From the NCBI RefSeq assembly GCF_009914755.1, contig NC_060934.1: a DNA stretch of 64,000 nucleotides; one strand, 5' to 3'. The notes under the pieces were generated by a model. It was not told the DNA's origin, made no database searches, and saw only the letters and a program-made list of their open reading frames with translations. Made by a program: the position numbers and the translations under genes. Source of the DNA: the human T2T-CHM13v2.0 reference genome, Homo sapiens. Below, in pieces: positions 13,041-26,703 of the stretch. The stretch's first letter is position 1; each line of letters begins with the position of its first letter.

Positions 13041-14144
13041 GGTGAGAGCAGTTGACAGCATCAGCCAGTGACCAGGTAACGGGGAGGGCCATTCATCCAG
13101 AAGACCAGAGTCTGCACCCCACTTAGCATGAACACACAAGGGAAGAAGAGGCAGATGATGGGAAATGGTCAAAAGACTCACACAGGGCTATGGAAGAGAA
13201 GGGCCAGGGAGGGCCCAACTGGATGAAGCCTTAGAAACACCTGCCCAGACATTCGGGTGGCCGTGGTCCTCAGTGCCTGACATGGCTCTCAAGGCAAGTT
13301 CCTCTCCTCAGACACTGCCTCTTAGCAATTCACGATCCATGCCAAATACAGGCTCGGGCTCTGCAGGTGTCAGAAGGTCAGTGTCATGGAGCTAGACTGA
13401 TGCTCCATAGATATTCCTCAGAATGCTTGCAGCTCCCACAAAGGAACAACTAAAGAAAAACGATATTCCCTTATGAATAAATAGACAAAAGCATAGACAA
13501 AAGAATAGCAAAAGCTGTTTTGTGTTCCAAGAGCCTCCTACAGCTTTTAAAAATAGACTGCTTTCCGTAATAAGAACAATGATTATTTTTAAAAAGGCTA
13601 GTAACTCCTGGCCCATAAATCCAGGGAACAGCTAAACCTACCACAAGAGCTCCTCCTTCTAATATAAGCCCTCCAATTCTCGATTAAGCTGCTAACTAGG
13701 TCATTAACAACAGACCCGTGGCCCCCATCAGCCCCCCGCTGGCCTGCTTACCGGCTGCACTGGGAAGTGGAGAGCTTGGAATGATCGATAGCAACTCTGT
13801 CAAGGGCCTCGCTCATATTCTTTCCTGGGGAACCTTGTGGGGATGATATCTTGTGGGCCTGTCTGAGTCAACAATAAATAAGCTCGTAGTAATTTTCTTT
13901 GGAAAGATGAATGTAGTATAGGCCTTTACAGTTTTGGGGGTTTACAGTAAATGGTGCTACAGGAATCAGTCATGCTTGGAGAAAAGAGCAAAGGACAGTG
14001 ATTGTAGCTAAGACCTAATTAAATTAGGGAGGAACGGATGCAATAGCTGCTAGTCTAATTTCCTTGCTGTACACGTGAAGTCCTGTTACCTGCATGGCCA
14101 TCACCGCACTCTAATAACTATTGAATACCATTTGATGTATAGCA

Positions 14145-14479
14145 CAGTGGGTCCTTTGTAACTGTGGGCACCACATCTGTGGATTCTAGCAACCGCAGAT
14201 CAGATATATTTGGGAAAAAAAAAATTGCACCAAGCTCCAGAAAGCAAAACTTGAATTTGCTGCATGCCAAGTACTGTATAGAATCCATGCAAATTAAGTG
14301 ATGTGTAAGCATTGCATTAAGCATTATAAGAAATCTGGAAATGATTTAAAGTGTAAGAGAGGATGTGTGTAGGATGCACAAATACTTTGCTATTTTATAT
14401 AGGAGACTGGAGCACTGTGGATTTGGGTATCCATGGAGGGTCCTGGAAACAGTTTTTCATGTATACCTAGGGATGACTG
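14145..14479 (-). mobile_element. MER2 (MER2B-like) TcMar-Tigger DNA transposon
   Basis: CAGT..ACTG termini followed by TA. Internal ATGATTTAAAGTGTAAGAGAGGATGTGTGTAGG and GGATTTGGGTATCCATGGAGGGTCCTGGAA. Confidence 0.85.
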
Positions 14480-14939
14480 TATATGCATGTGCGTGTGCAC
14501 ACACATGCACACACACTCGGTCATGCTTCTCAGGTGATCAGACCCAGGAAACCCAGTGTCTGTGTGTTCCTGAGGTTTCATGTACATCAGAGATGGTGTT
14601 AGTACGAAGGTGGACTGCACATGGAGCTCAGTGTGGTCACCAGCAGGGGAGGTGCCCATGAACCCGGCTCCATCTGAATTCTGTCCATGGGAGCCAACAG
14701 GTGAATATGCGCTCCACAAGCCCGGTTGCTGCTGTGTCAGTCCCAGGACATTTGCTTCTGGAAGTGTTAATGACCGAATGTGTCCAGGTCAGAGCTCACT
14801 CCCAAGTAGAGCCAGTGCCCTTCATTGAAGTCTGTACGCGTCGTAAGCCCAGTGTGCCTAGCACCGTTCTGCAGCCGTCCCTTCTCCTTGCTTTCCCATG
14901 CTGCCCCACTCCACCCCCATTGCTGCTATGGCTCTCATC

Positions 14940-15845
14940 TCTCCCGTGCTCCTAAGCTAAGTGTGCACCCCACTGCTCACCGAATTACTCAAGACACAGA
15001 CTTCAGTGTGATCTTTGGCTCTTTCCCTCCCTCAATCCCCTAAATCTAATCAGTGGCCAGGTTCTGTCCATTCTAAATCAGAAGTCTCTTCAATCCCAGC
15101 TATTTCCCAAGTCCAGAATGAGGTCCTGTCTTCTAGTCACAACAACCTTGCCACCGGGCTCCCTGCAATCCACCTCCACCCTGCAGCCTGCATGACCATG
15201 CTAAAATAGAAATCTCCTCTTGTGGCCCCTCCAAGGGATTCTCTTCATGTGTCATAAGAAAAATAAAAACTGCTTTACATGGGCTCTGGAATGACAGCCA
15301 CTGCAATAGTTGACGTCTCTGTGAGTGAGTTGCCTGTGTGTTCACGTTTTGATGACTGCACAACCCTCTGGTGAGATGAGTGCTAATAGTGTCACTGTTT
15401 GCAGATCAAGAGCCTAAGGATTAGAAAAGTGAACAGGGCCTTGGAAACCACTCCAGCTGACACAAAAGTCATCTCTCCATCGCCGAGCCCGCCTGACCCC
15501 GCTCACCTCTCCAGCCCCACTTCCTGCCCCACATCTGGCCTTTGGAGCCTTAGACTTGATCTCTTTGCCCTTGATGCCTCTTTCGTTGGCTTACAGAGCT
15601 TGTATTCATCTTTGAGCTCCCAGCTTCATCCTCACTTCCTTCAGGAAGCCTTCCTTGGTTTCTGCGGTGTGCTTCAGTAACACCACCTGGCACTTGCTGT
15701 GACAGAGCTGCTTACTGCCCAGGGAGCTTGTCTCCTACACATTCATGAAAGCTCCCTGTGGACAAGGGACATCTTATCTGTGCATTTCCAAAAAGTCAGA
15801 GCTCAACTCATAGTAGATGCTTTAATGTGATGAATGACAATGACA
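14940..15845 (+). mobile_element. L2 LINE 3' portion interrupted by an antisense MIR (about 15330-15445)
   Basis: CT-rich L2 motifs (AGGAAGCCTTCC, AAGCTCCCTGTGGACAAGGGAC, CATAGTAGATGCT..TGAATG). MIR core CAACCCT..TTTGCAGATCAAGAG. Confidence 0.6.
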
Positions 15846-18319
15846 AAAACTTGGCAGCCTCAATTCAGTTTGTTGTGGACATTCTGCTATATTTCGGGTT
15901 GTGATTGTTGAGGTGGGGGAATGAATGCTGCTATGGAGAGGGAATCTGGATGTATCTGCACATTCAGAGCCTTTCATTTGCTTAAAAAGGGGGGCTGCAC
16001 CAACTGTGTGCGGGTCTCAGATGGGTGTCCTCAGCGACAGAAATGGGTGGACCCCGGTCACCTGTACCTGTGAATATGCACACATTTGCCTGAAAGTGGT
16101 CCCATGGAGGAGGGGTGAGCAGAGGGTATGCTGTGCCCGTGGGATGATTGTGTGGGAACAGGAGTAGACGTGGTGGCCTGTGGACCAAAGCCTCAAAGCC
16201 AATTTGCCTGTGGCCGAGAATTGTGCCTCCAAGACCTGTTCTTGCACTGTGTCCTCGGGTTCTGTCCCAGAGGCTAAGGCTGGGTATTGGGGGCAGATGG
16301 TGGCAATGCCATCTTCTGGAAGGCATGTGGCATGATGCACTTACCTTGACTCACTTTGTGATGCTCACGTTTGGCCTTGGCGGGAGTTCAGTCAGATTCT
16401 GAGCTTCTGCTGAGGCCCAATGTCACTGTGTAGCCACTTCCTCTTCTTCCGATTGAGGCCTTAGCTGGGCCCCCTCTCTCTGAGGGGTTCACACAGAACA
16501 CAGTCTGTCCCCCCAAAACCTGATCCTCCCACATCCTGAAGCAGGGGTATCAGTGGGGGAATGCATGGCAAAGCTAATCATCTGATTTTTATATTTCTAA
16601 AGCTGGGGAGCACCTCAAACTTTCCAGCAGACCCAGCTAGCTGGTAATGGCACTTGACTTTGCCATGGCCTTATAGCTCATCTCTGTCTTTCAGCAGATG
16701 TGACACAAGTCAAGTCAGCATCTGTCCACCCTGGTTGTCTTTACAGAGCTGGTCAGTGGTGGGTGCCAGGGGCAGGCCTCTGTTTTCACCCTGTTTCTCC
16801 CCTGAAGCCATGTGAGTTGGCATGAACATACAAGAATAGAGGTCTGAGAGTGTCCCTGTCCTGGTCGTGACCTCAGTCCACTTTTCTAGCTGGCTCCTTT
16901 ATTTGGACAATGATCATTTCTCAAAATCCAGGTGAGACATGACAATCCCATCACGTTTCATCATGATGCAATGGCAGGAATTCTGGAAAACCCCAGTGAG
17001 ACTGATTCACTTTCTAACCCATGTTTCTCATTTCAGGTAGAGAGAGCCACAGCTTGCCCATCAGCACAATGGTGAGAATTAACTAAACATGTGTATCTTG
17101 AGGTACATCTGGGAGGTGGGTGACAATGCAAAAGACCCTATCAGGAGACACCCAGACACTTAGAATCTGTCTTGAGGGTCACAACCAGTGTGAGTGGATG
17201 TGATAAATGCAGGTGCAGCTTAGATGATAAATACCTTAGGCAGTCCCCCAAGGAAGAGACCAGTGCATGTGCAGATAGCTCGGGGAAGAGAAAGTCTGGG
17301 GTGGGGTGGGGGTCTTTCTGCACAGTGCTCTGGCTGTGGAGCTGGAATACCAGGATTGCTCCCACTGGAGACAGAGGCACTTTGTCATGGCACCTTGCAT
17401 GAGTGGATGTGGGCATAACCACCTTCCTTGAAAGGGGGGTTGAGATTCAGAGGCAGACACTGAGCCCCTCCTTGGCCCCTCCTATCTGCCCTCCTCCTAT
17501 GAGCATGAGCAGCTTCTACCCCATCTCTGTGTGCCTCGCAGGTTCACAGCTTCCTCAGCTCCCATCTCTCGTCTTGGAGGTTGTCTTCTGTGCTCCCTCA
17601 TCTCGCCTCCTTTGTGTGCTCATTGACATCTCTGCCAACAGAGTGTCAGTCCTGTCCCTCCAAGCCCTTCCTGAGACCCCAGTACCACTCCCTCTTCCCT
17701 GAGACCAGGGTCCTCCTCTCCTGGGCACACCTGCTCCTCCCCTCTCAATGCAGCTGGGGGAACTGGAACCTCTTGGTTGCAAACAGCATTGGCTGATGCT
17801 GCACCCATGGGCCTGGGCATCCTCGAGGGCCAGGAAGCTGAGTAGTGGGAGTACCCACGGGGTGAGTGGAGCCAACATTCACCCTTGCCCGAGGCTCTGA
17901 TCTCGGCAATGGGAACCCCCGCTGGTCTTGGAGGAGAGGCCACCAAGAGATGAAATCACTCGTGCTTGGTGGCATGGTGGCATCTGCGGTGCTCACTTTT
18001 CCATACTTGCTGTCTTCCCTGGTTTCATCCTCCCAGGGCAGTTACTTTTTATCCTCACCATGCATGAACGTTTGAGTTTGAGGCACTCACCACCTTCAAA
18101 GTCAGAGTTGAAGTCTGACCCGACTCCACTCTTCTGACTCCAAGTCCAGTGATGGCCTCCGAGTGGAGGGTGGAGGATTCCCTGGGTGGCCCTGGGAGCT
18201 ACAGCAGGAGGGGAGGCTCCTGCACTGAGGAGCAGTAAGGCTCAGGGGTGGCCGTGTACACTGAGACGGGAGCTCCCAGGGCAGCCCAGAGGGAAGTGAC
18301 CACCTCACGTGGTGACCTC

Positions 18320-18760
18320 ATGTGAGGGACTGGTTTCCCTAGAAGCAGAGCTGGAAACAAGGGCTCTGGTTCAAGCGCATAAGGCAGTGTCTCAGGAGAA
18401 ACCCTTGACGGAGGGAGAGAAGCAGTGAAAATAAGAGAGGAAGCTGAAGAATGCAGCTTAGGGTCAAGGGCAGCCTCAATCTGCCCCGCGGGGACCCTGG
18501 ATCATCCACATTGCTGTGGCGTCTGCCCTACCTGAATGCTCTGGGCCACCCTGGTTGGGCTGGGGTGTCCTGTCATCCACAAGCCTTCAGGCAAGGCAGC
18601 TCCAGCCTCCCAGGGCAGCCTCGGTGGAGGCTGCAGGTGCGAGCTGTTAGCAGCATCCTTCACCAGGAAGCAGCTGGCAAAGAAGATCCTTGGGTCCCCA
18701 GCAGGGCCCAGCAGGGTCCATCCATGGGCGAAGAGAAGACTAGAAGGCTCCACATCCCCA
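18320..18760 (-). mobile_element. ERVL LTR (LTR16/LTR33-like), degenerate
   Basis: GGTTTCCCTAGAAGCAGAGCTGGAAACAAGGG resembles the antisense end of the LTR16/33 families. Confidence 0.45.
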
Positions 18761-18867
18761 CCTCCAGCTCTGGGCAGACGGGCAGCTGGGCCAGGCAGAG
18801 CTAGGAAGCTATGAAGGGCGTTATTTATTTTAAGTTTGGACACGTTTAGGTTAGAAGATGAATTGTC

Positions 18868-19245
<378 letters not shown>

Positions 19246-20697
19246 TTACCAAAGGCAATGGATGGAACCAGAGAGGAAGCCTTAATGTAGAACTGAAGGG
19301 GGGCAACCCAGGGTGCAGTTGAGTGACTCAAGAGAAGAGGGGGAAGGCCCTGCGAGGGCTGAGCCAGCCATGGAGAGGAAGGCCTGGCTAGGAGGCAGAA
19401 TGGGCAGGAGCTCAGGCCACTGAAGAGGAGCCGTCCCCTGGCTGATCCCAGTGATGCAGAGAAGCCAGGGAGGGAGGGAGAACGGGGAGATGACCCCCAT
19501 CTCCAGGAGAGATACTCCTCTGGGGAGAGGGCTGGTGCCACTTTCCCTCTAATGCTATAAAATAGGGAGCCTCACTGGGCCATGGGCCATGCAGATCTCT
19601 AGCCAAAAGTGAGTTCGGATGTGGCTATTGGTAGTGGGGGACTTGGAAGTTGTTAGGGGACCAGAAAAGGCTGGGTGTACTGGTCCTAGGTAAGGAGTAT
19701 GTTTGTCACATGAAGGGGACTACCCGTCAGCCCAGTGCAGAGGTAGGAGCCTGCAGAGTGAGACTGGGCAAGGGGAGGGCTGGAGATTGCAGGAGAAAGA
19801 GCCACTAAGTCAGCGAGAGCATGCACGGTGAGGAAGAAGGAAGCCTTGCGGGGAACAGCCCAGCTGGCCTCGCCAGGAAGGCCCTTCCGCGTTTCCTCCT
19901 GCTGATTCACAACCAGGAGTAGGAAAGTGCAGGGGGCAGAGGGCCGCACCTCAGCGTGACCACCATCCATCTGTCCTTCCTGGCGGCTCCATGCTCCGGG
20001 GAGACGTCTGTAAGCATTAGCCCATGAGGAGGAAAGGAGACGATATATTCACAGACACTTTGGGAATAAAAGTGCTCCATAAATACAAAGAGTTAGCACC
20101 ATGTCAAGGCAGAATTTATTTCAGAAACACAGCCTGATGCTCTGGGATGCTGAAATGCCAGGGCACCACACCATCTTGGTGATATGTTTGTCATCTGAAT
20201 AGGTACATCTCTGCTTCCCCCATGCCGGCCAGGCCCAGAAGGAGACAGAAATAAATCAGCGGAAATTATCTATTTTCTACAGTGTCAAAACAACACTTTC
20301 TATGTTGGAGTTGGGAGAAAACCAATTCACCTCTTTTCCCAACCAGCAGAAACACGTTGCATCTCCCGAGTGTCCCAGGGAGAAGAAAGAAGAGAAACAA
20401 GAGAAGGTGGAGCCCGGGTACTGGGGGCTTCCGCTGAAGAGCACCTTTCCCACCGCACCTTAACCCCGGGATCTAGAGGACTCCTGGGAAAATGGTTCTG
20501 CAGCTTACCATCCATCTAGGGAACATTTCCAGGAGACTCACGAACCCACTGACCTTCCCTGCACCCAGCTACCTGCCCCTTTGAAGGGCGCCCAGCAGGC
20601 TGGCCTCCAGGTCCCCATCCTGTAAACCAAACTCCTGGGGTCTGGGTCTTTTCTTCGTGTACCATGACTCATTTACTTGATCCAATTCCTCCTTTTC

Positions 20698-20992
<295 letters not shown>

Positions 20993-21290
20993 CCAGTTCA
21001 TCCTTTTCAACTCTTAGTACAACTGCACAGAGATGTGTCATCCTGGAAAGGGACTGACATTCTCATGGCAGACAGCTGAGACATCAGCAGGAAAACACTG
21101 ACCAAGGAGACCAGAGACACAGGTCCTGGTCAAGTCCTGGCTCAGTGAATTCACTGGAAAATGTGAGTTGGAAATATTTGCCTTGCAGATCTGGAGTTAC
21201 TAATAGAATCAAGTGGTAATGTTTAATTAAATCTCCTGCAAACTGTGAGGGTGGTATCTACTCTTATTTGATTGAAGTATCTTCTACATA

Positions 21291-21542
21291 GTGGTGGCTC
21301 ATGCCTGTAATCCTAGGAGTTCGAGACCAGCCTGGCCAACATGGTGAGACCCTGTCTCTAATAAAAATACAAAAAATTAGCCAGGTGCAGTGGTTCATGC
21401 CTGTAATCTGAGCAACTCGGGAGGCTGAGGTGGGAGGATCGCTTGAACCTAGGAGGTCGAGGCTGTAGTGACCCAAGATCACACCACTGAACTTCAGCCT
21501 GGGCAACAGAGCAAGACCTTGTTTTAAAAAAAAAGAGAGAGA
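21291..21542 (+). mobile_element. AluJ (Jb-like) with about 40-bp left-arm deletion
   Basis: J diagnostics GGGAGGATCGCTTGA..GTCGAGGCTG. TSD GAA(G/A)TATCTTCTACATA at 21274-21290 and 21543-21559. Confidence 0.9.
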
Positions 21543-22714
21543 GAAATATCTTCTACATATGATTACATCTCTCAACTAATATCTTGTCCTCATCCTCAAG
21601 GTTAAAACCAATGGATATCTGAAAAACAGACTCAGATTATCTGTGTTAATGCACCTGCCTCTCATCTGCCTTCAAACCGCACTTGCCAGGTTGCTCAGTT
21701 ATTTCACCTTTATTGTTGCTGCTTTGGACCACAAAAGGGCTCTGAGGTCCATCTCTGTCTATTGCAAGGGCATCCTCTGGACCATGAGTGGCATGCCAGT
21801 TTTGGGCTTCTCTGGAATATCTCTTTTGTACATTACTAAATTAGTTCATTTCTATCTTGATATCTAGTATCACCAAACCGCAGTCATTAAATGATGGACT
21901 AGACCTTCAAGGTACCAAACAGAAGTTTACGGCCCCGCCCAGCCCCATCTCCAGCACAGATCATCAGTGAAACTCGAGCATGCTGCCTGCCTGCGTACAT
22001 ATTTCCAAGATGGAAAAGTTCAATTTATAGAAAAGCAGAGATGCTAGGAGCCCAAGTCTGCAATGCCCCAGACAGGTGCTCTGCTAATGACAGGAGGCTA
22101 GCTTAGTTGTATTTAAATTATATTCAAAATGAATTTTTGAATTAATTAGATAATTTCCCAAATAAGACTGTGGACATATACGTGATCATTCTAAATACCT
22201 CATTCTTTAACATTTATGTAAAAAGTTCTCCAGAGAATTGAAGATACAGAAACCTTCCAGCCACCACGCATTTCCTCCAAGCTTTTTGCTTTCTCACTTT
22301 TCTCCTTTTTCTACCAGAAGGAAATGGCAGTGGAACCAGATCAGCACCTAAAGTAAAGAGATGATGGGGATGGGTTTGAAAGTTTCATCTTGAAGTATTT
22401 CATACATTTAAGAAAATACACCTAAACTGTCTAAGGCAGAAAGAACATTATAATTCATAGCAATGTGCCCCTCACCTTGCTTATGCAATAGAAGTTCCGA
22501 TGCAGCCCCTGGGTCTCCCTCCTCGAGCACATCTTTCCGTCTTCCTGCCCTCCTGCCTTCCTGGATTTTGTGTTTATTTTTCCATTTGTAGCTTTTCTAT
22601 GTATGTTTTCGTAAAGAAAATAGTATTGATAATTTCACAATTTAAAATTATAACACTGAGTGTATATAGAGCTAGTCTCATAGTAACTACATTCTCTAGA
22701 ATGACTGAGAGCCC

Positions 22715-23270
22715 ATTTCAATGTTGTTCTACTAGGTGGGACCAGTTGCCGTAGGACGACTGAATAAAAAAGTTCATCTTCCCCACCCACCGTGGGACCG
22801 TCTGGTGCTGCGGGATGCCATCCTGGTTGTGTGGGTCTGGTTCTGGGCTCTCTCCTCCTGTTGGCCTGGTGCCCTTCCTTGCACCTTCCCTCATTGTCCA
22901 ATTACTATAACCTTAGAATATAAATGTCTTACCATGTGGCTGGACACTCTCTGTGCTTGACTCTTCTCTGGGAGTTTCTTATCTATTCCTAGCCCTTGGC
23001 ATTTTCATGTAAATTTTACATTCAGTTTGTAAACTTCCAAGAAAAACCCTGTTGAGCTTTTGATTAGAATTGTATTGAAAAATTAGACCAATTTCAGAGA
23101 GTTTTCAGATTTTTCAACATTTGTTTTTATTATCCATGAACTTGGCATCTCTTCTCCCTTATTTATGTCTCCTCTAATGTCTTTCAGAAAAGAATAATAA
23201 TTTTCTCATAAAGGATGACTCACTTCTTTGGTTAATTCTGTGTCTTTTTCTAAGTGCTATTGTAAATAGT
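22715..23270 (-). mobile_element. Old L1M (L1ME-like) ORF2-region fragment
   Basis: TGGGTCTGGTTCTGGGCTCTCT, CATGTAAATTTTA..TCAGTTTGT, TTTTGATTAGAATTGTATTGAA, ATCCATGAAC motifs. Confidence 0.7.
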
Positions 23271-23379
23271 ATCAGTATCAGTCATAGCAGGATGTGTTAT
23301 ATTGCAGTAACAAACAGCCCCCAGATTTCGGGGGCGAAACATCAAGTCTACATGTCCAGAGAGGAGTGTCTAAAGGCTC

Positions 23380-23786
23380 TGCTACAGTTCGTATATTTGT
23401 CCTCTCCAAACCTCCTGCTGAAATTTGATCCCCAGTGTTGGAGAGGGGCCTGGTGGGGAGGTATTTTGGTCATGGGGGTGGATACCTCATGGATGTCTTG
23501 TTGCTGTCCTTGAGTGAGTTATTGCTCTGTTAGTTCACAAGAGAGCTGATTATTAAAGAGAGCCTGACACCTTCTCTCTCTCTCTCTCTCTCCTCTCTTC
23601 TCTCTCACCATGTGACATGCTGTTTCTCTTCCTCTTCTGCCTGTTCCTGAAGTCCTGACCAGAAGCAGATGCTAGCACCATGCTTCCTGTACTGTCTACA
23701 GAATTGTGAGCCAAATAAATTTCTTTCCCTTATAAATGACCCAGTCTCAGGTATTCCTTTATAGCAATGCAAAATGGACTAAGATG
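23380..23786 (+). mobile_element. MST (MSTB-like) MaLR solo LTR
   Basis: GAAATTTGATCCCCAGTGTTGGAG..GGGGCCTGGTGGG through AATGACCCAGTCTCAGGTATTCCTTTATAGCAATGCAAAATGGACTAAGA. Confidence 0.88.
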
Positions 23787-24499
23787 TGAATACCACTCTC
23801 ATGGTTCTTCAAATACCTCACAATCAATCCTCACACTGACCCTTCCATCTTACGGTGTTCCTTGCTCATTCTGAATTGAAGGATCAGATACTTAAGTGCC
23901 ACTCATATCAGAGATGTGGGTATTTGTTTATAGCAATAACACTCAAGGCACTCCAAAGCCATCCATTTCAATGGACATTTCTCCCTCTCAAATGGAGCTT
24001 CTTTATCTGCCCTCACTGGTGGTGTGGAAAAGTGTTTGAGCAGGAGGCTTTCCACGCTTTTTGGTTCTCTGTGACTCCCATGGTGGATCTGGGGTCCAGA
24101 AGTGTAAAGGGAACACGGAGTTTTGACTGAGCTCCTTGACAAACCCAGTCATGTCCTTCACACCAGTGGCTGTTGCTGGCCCCTGGAAGGCCCACTTGTT
24201 AAAAAGCCTGCTGGGGCCAGGGACTGGTGTGAGCTTGCCTGGAAATGTCTGCGAATATTCTCTAGACACAGAACCCCTCCTTCCCAAGCCCTTCTCAGGG
24301 ATCTCTGGGGCTGAAACAGGTATCTTCTAAGGAGGACAGCAAGGACTCTGGCTTCATGGGAAGGCCAGGGTTGCTCTTCAGAGACACTAAATACACCCTT
24401 TTCCCAGGGACACATCATCAGAGAATTAGGACACTTACTCCTGCCACCTAACCCAGTAGATTATTGCTGGCCCATGCAGAGTTCTTAAATAAAAGAAAT

Positions 24500-25078
24500 C
24501 AAACAAGTTAAACACAGGCTTATTATACAATTCTGTCATTCTACTCCCTGGAATCTACCCAAGAAAAATGAAGACATATGTTCATGTAAAGACATGTGCA
24601 TGAGTGTTCATAACAGCATTTTTCATAAGAGCCCAGAGCAGGCAGCAATCCAAATGTCCATCAGTTGGGTAATTTATAACACAAATGAGCTGCATCCATG
24701 CCCTGGAATGCTACTTGGTGAGAAAAAGGAAGACACTGCTGAGACACGCTACAGAGTGGAAGAACCTCAAAAGCATGCTGAACGAAAGAAGCTGGGTGCA
24801 AAAGAAGCTACATGCACTGTATGATTTTGTTTATGAGAAATATTCAGGAACAGTACGTTTAGAAGCACAGACAGCAGACCAGTGCCCAGCTAAAGGCTGG
24901 AGGTTGAACAGAGATTAAGCGGAAAATGGGTGTCAGGGAGTTTTTTGGGGTGAAAATGTTCTAAATCCAGATTGTTGCAATGGTTGCACAACTCTAAAAA
25001 TTTAGATAAAATATAGTTGAATTGTACTCATACAATAGGTGAGTTGTATTATAAACTATACCTCAGTACAGCTATTAA
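24500..25078 (+). mobile_element. L1ME/L1MB 3' fragment
   Basis: TACCCAAGAAAAATGAAGACATATG..CAAATGTCCATCA..AACCTCAAAAGCATGCTGAACGAAAGAAGC..ACTATACCTCAGTACAGCT. Confidence 0.8.
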
Positions 25079-25140
25079 ATATATATATAAATATATATAA
25101 ATATATAAATAAATATATATATATAAATATATATATATAT
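25074..25140. repeat. (TA)n / A-T low-complexity microsatellite
   Basis: Seen directly. Confidence 0.9.
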
Positions 25141-25142
25141 CG

Positions 25143-25635
25143 TACAATCCATCAACCCCACTCCTACATATTTGTACAGGAGAAATAAAAGGAAATACTC
25201 ACACAAGATCTGTTTGTAAAGGCTTACAGCAGTTTCGTTTACAATAGTCAAAACCTGGAAACAATCCACATATCAACTGGTAAGCGGGTGAACAAGTTGC
25301 AATAAGACCTCACAATGGAACACTATTCTGCAATAAGAAGTAACAAACTACATGACACAATATGATTAAATCTCAAAAACGTGTGTGTGGTGCCCTCAGT
25401 AAGACATTCTGGATAAGACAGGGCCACGGGACGAAAGTCCATCAGCACGGCGGGCTGCGGCGGGGGCGGGGCCTGGCGGCAGAGGGTCCGGTGCTGCGGG
25501 GAAGGAAAGTGCTCCTCATGGTATTTGGGGGTGGCTGCACGACCATGTGCATTTGTCCAAACTCACAGAACCTACACTTCCAAAGGGGGATTCCTACTGT
25601 GTGTAAACTAGTCCGCCGTACACCTGACTTGAAAC
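25143..25635 (+). mobile_element. Second L1ME 3' fragment, locally GC/CpG-enriched
   Basis: TTTACAATAGTCAAAACCTGGAAACAATCCA, GCAATAAGAAGTAACAAACTAC and CATTTGTCCAAACTCACAGAACCTACACTT motifs. Confidence 0.75.
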
Positions 25636-26703
25636 TGGAATGTCCACAGTTCTACTTAGGGGTATCAAATATTTTTCGGCCTGATGACCGTGGAGCTGTT
25701 TCCAGCCTGCAGCAGCCTGGCTCATGCCGTCTGCTTTGAATGTTATCCCTGGACATTACTTTCGTGACCCCCAGATGCTATTCGTGAGCTTTGCTTCTCT
25801 CACCAGTAAAGGGAGTCACTGATGGAAGCCACTGCCTGGAGATCCCGTCCAAATCACAGAAGAATGTGGAAGCACCTTCAACAGAGGGACTTCTTTTCAA
25901 ATTGAAGCTTCTGTGAACTCTATAAGCTGCAGAAGAGTAGAGTTCGGCAATGCCCAGAAGAGGAGTGCCAGGAAGCCATGCTCCCAGCAAGTGAGTGGTG
26001 GGGATGCACTGCTCCAGCTCTGAGCCTGCTCCTCTCAGCAGCACAGTCCCGGGCTCCCATGCAGGGCTGGTGCAGGAGCACATTAGGGAGCATGTGAATG
26101 TAGGGTCCCATTTGGTCCCCACCTCTGCCATCCACTGTGGCTGAGGCATTGGTGGAGGGTGGCCCATGCCGGAGGGGCAAGCTGGGACAGGGACAGGGAA
26201 CACACCCCTGAGTACAGTGGCTGGGGAAGAAGTGAGGATGTAAAGACTAGATGTGGGTGCTTTTCATTCCAAGGCAGACACTGCTGGCTTCGGCGTAGCC
26301 TGCTCTGGTCCAGCTGAGGGTTTATTGCTGTCTCACCCTCTCTCACACACACACATAGGCATCCCTGAAAACATGGGGTCTCAGAAGGGCCAGCCCCTTT
26401 GCGCACAGGGGTCGGGGAGCCCTGGGGGACTGGAGGGGCCTCGGGTGCCCCCCCTCTCTGCCTTCAAGAAGCCTGACCAGGGCTGGAACCCCTACACAGG
26501 AACCTGTGGGCTGTGAGCCTTATCTGCACGCCAGATCTCTGAAAGAGCTGAGGCCCCAGGGTGTCCCTTAGATCTATGGTCTTCTGCCCTTCTGTAGCCA
26601 AGCCCAGGACCTGAGCTTCACCACCAGCTCTGCCCATGAGGAGAGGGACAGTGCTCTAGACCAATGGCGTCTGTTGGTGGTGAGGGGACTCCAGCGCCCC
26701 TGC

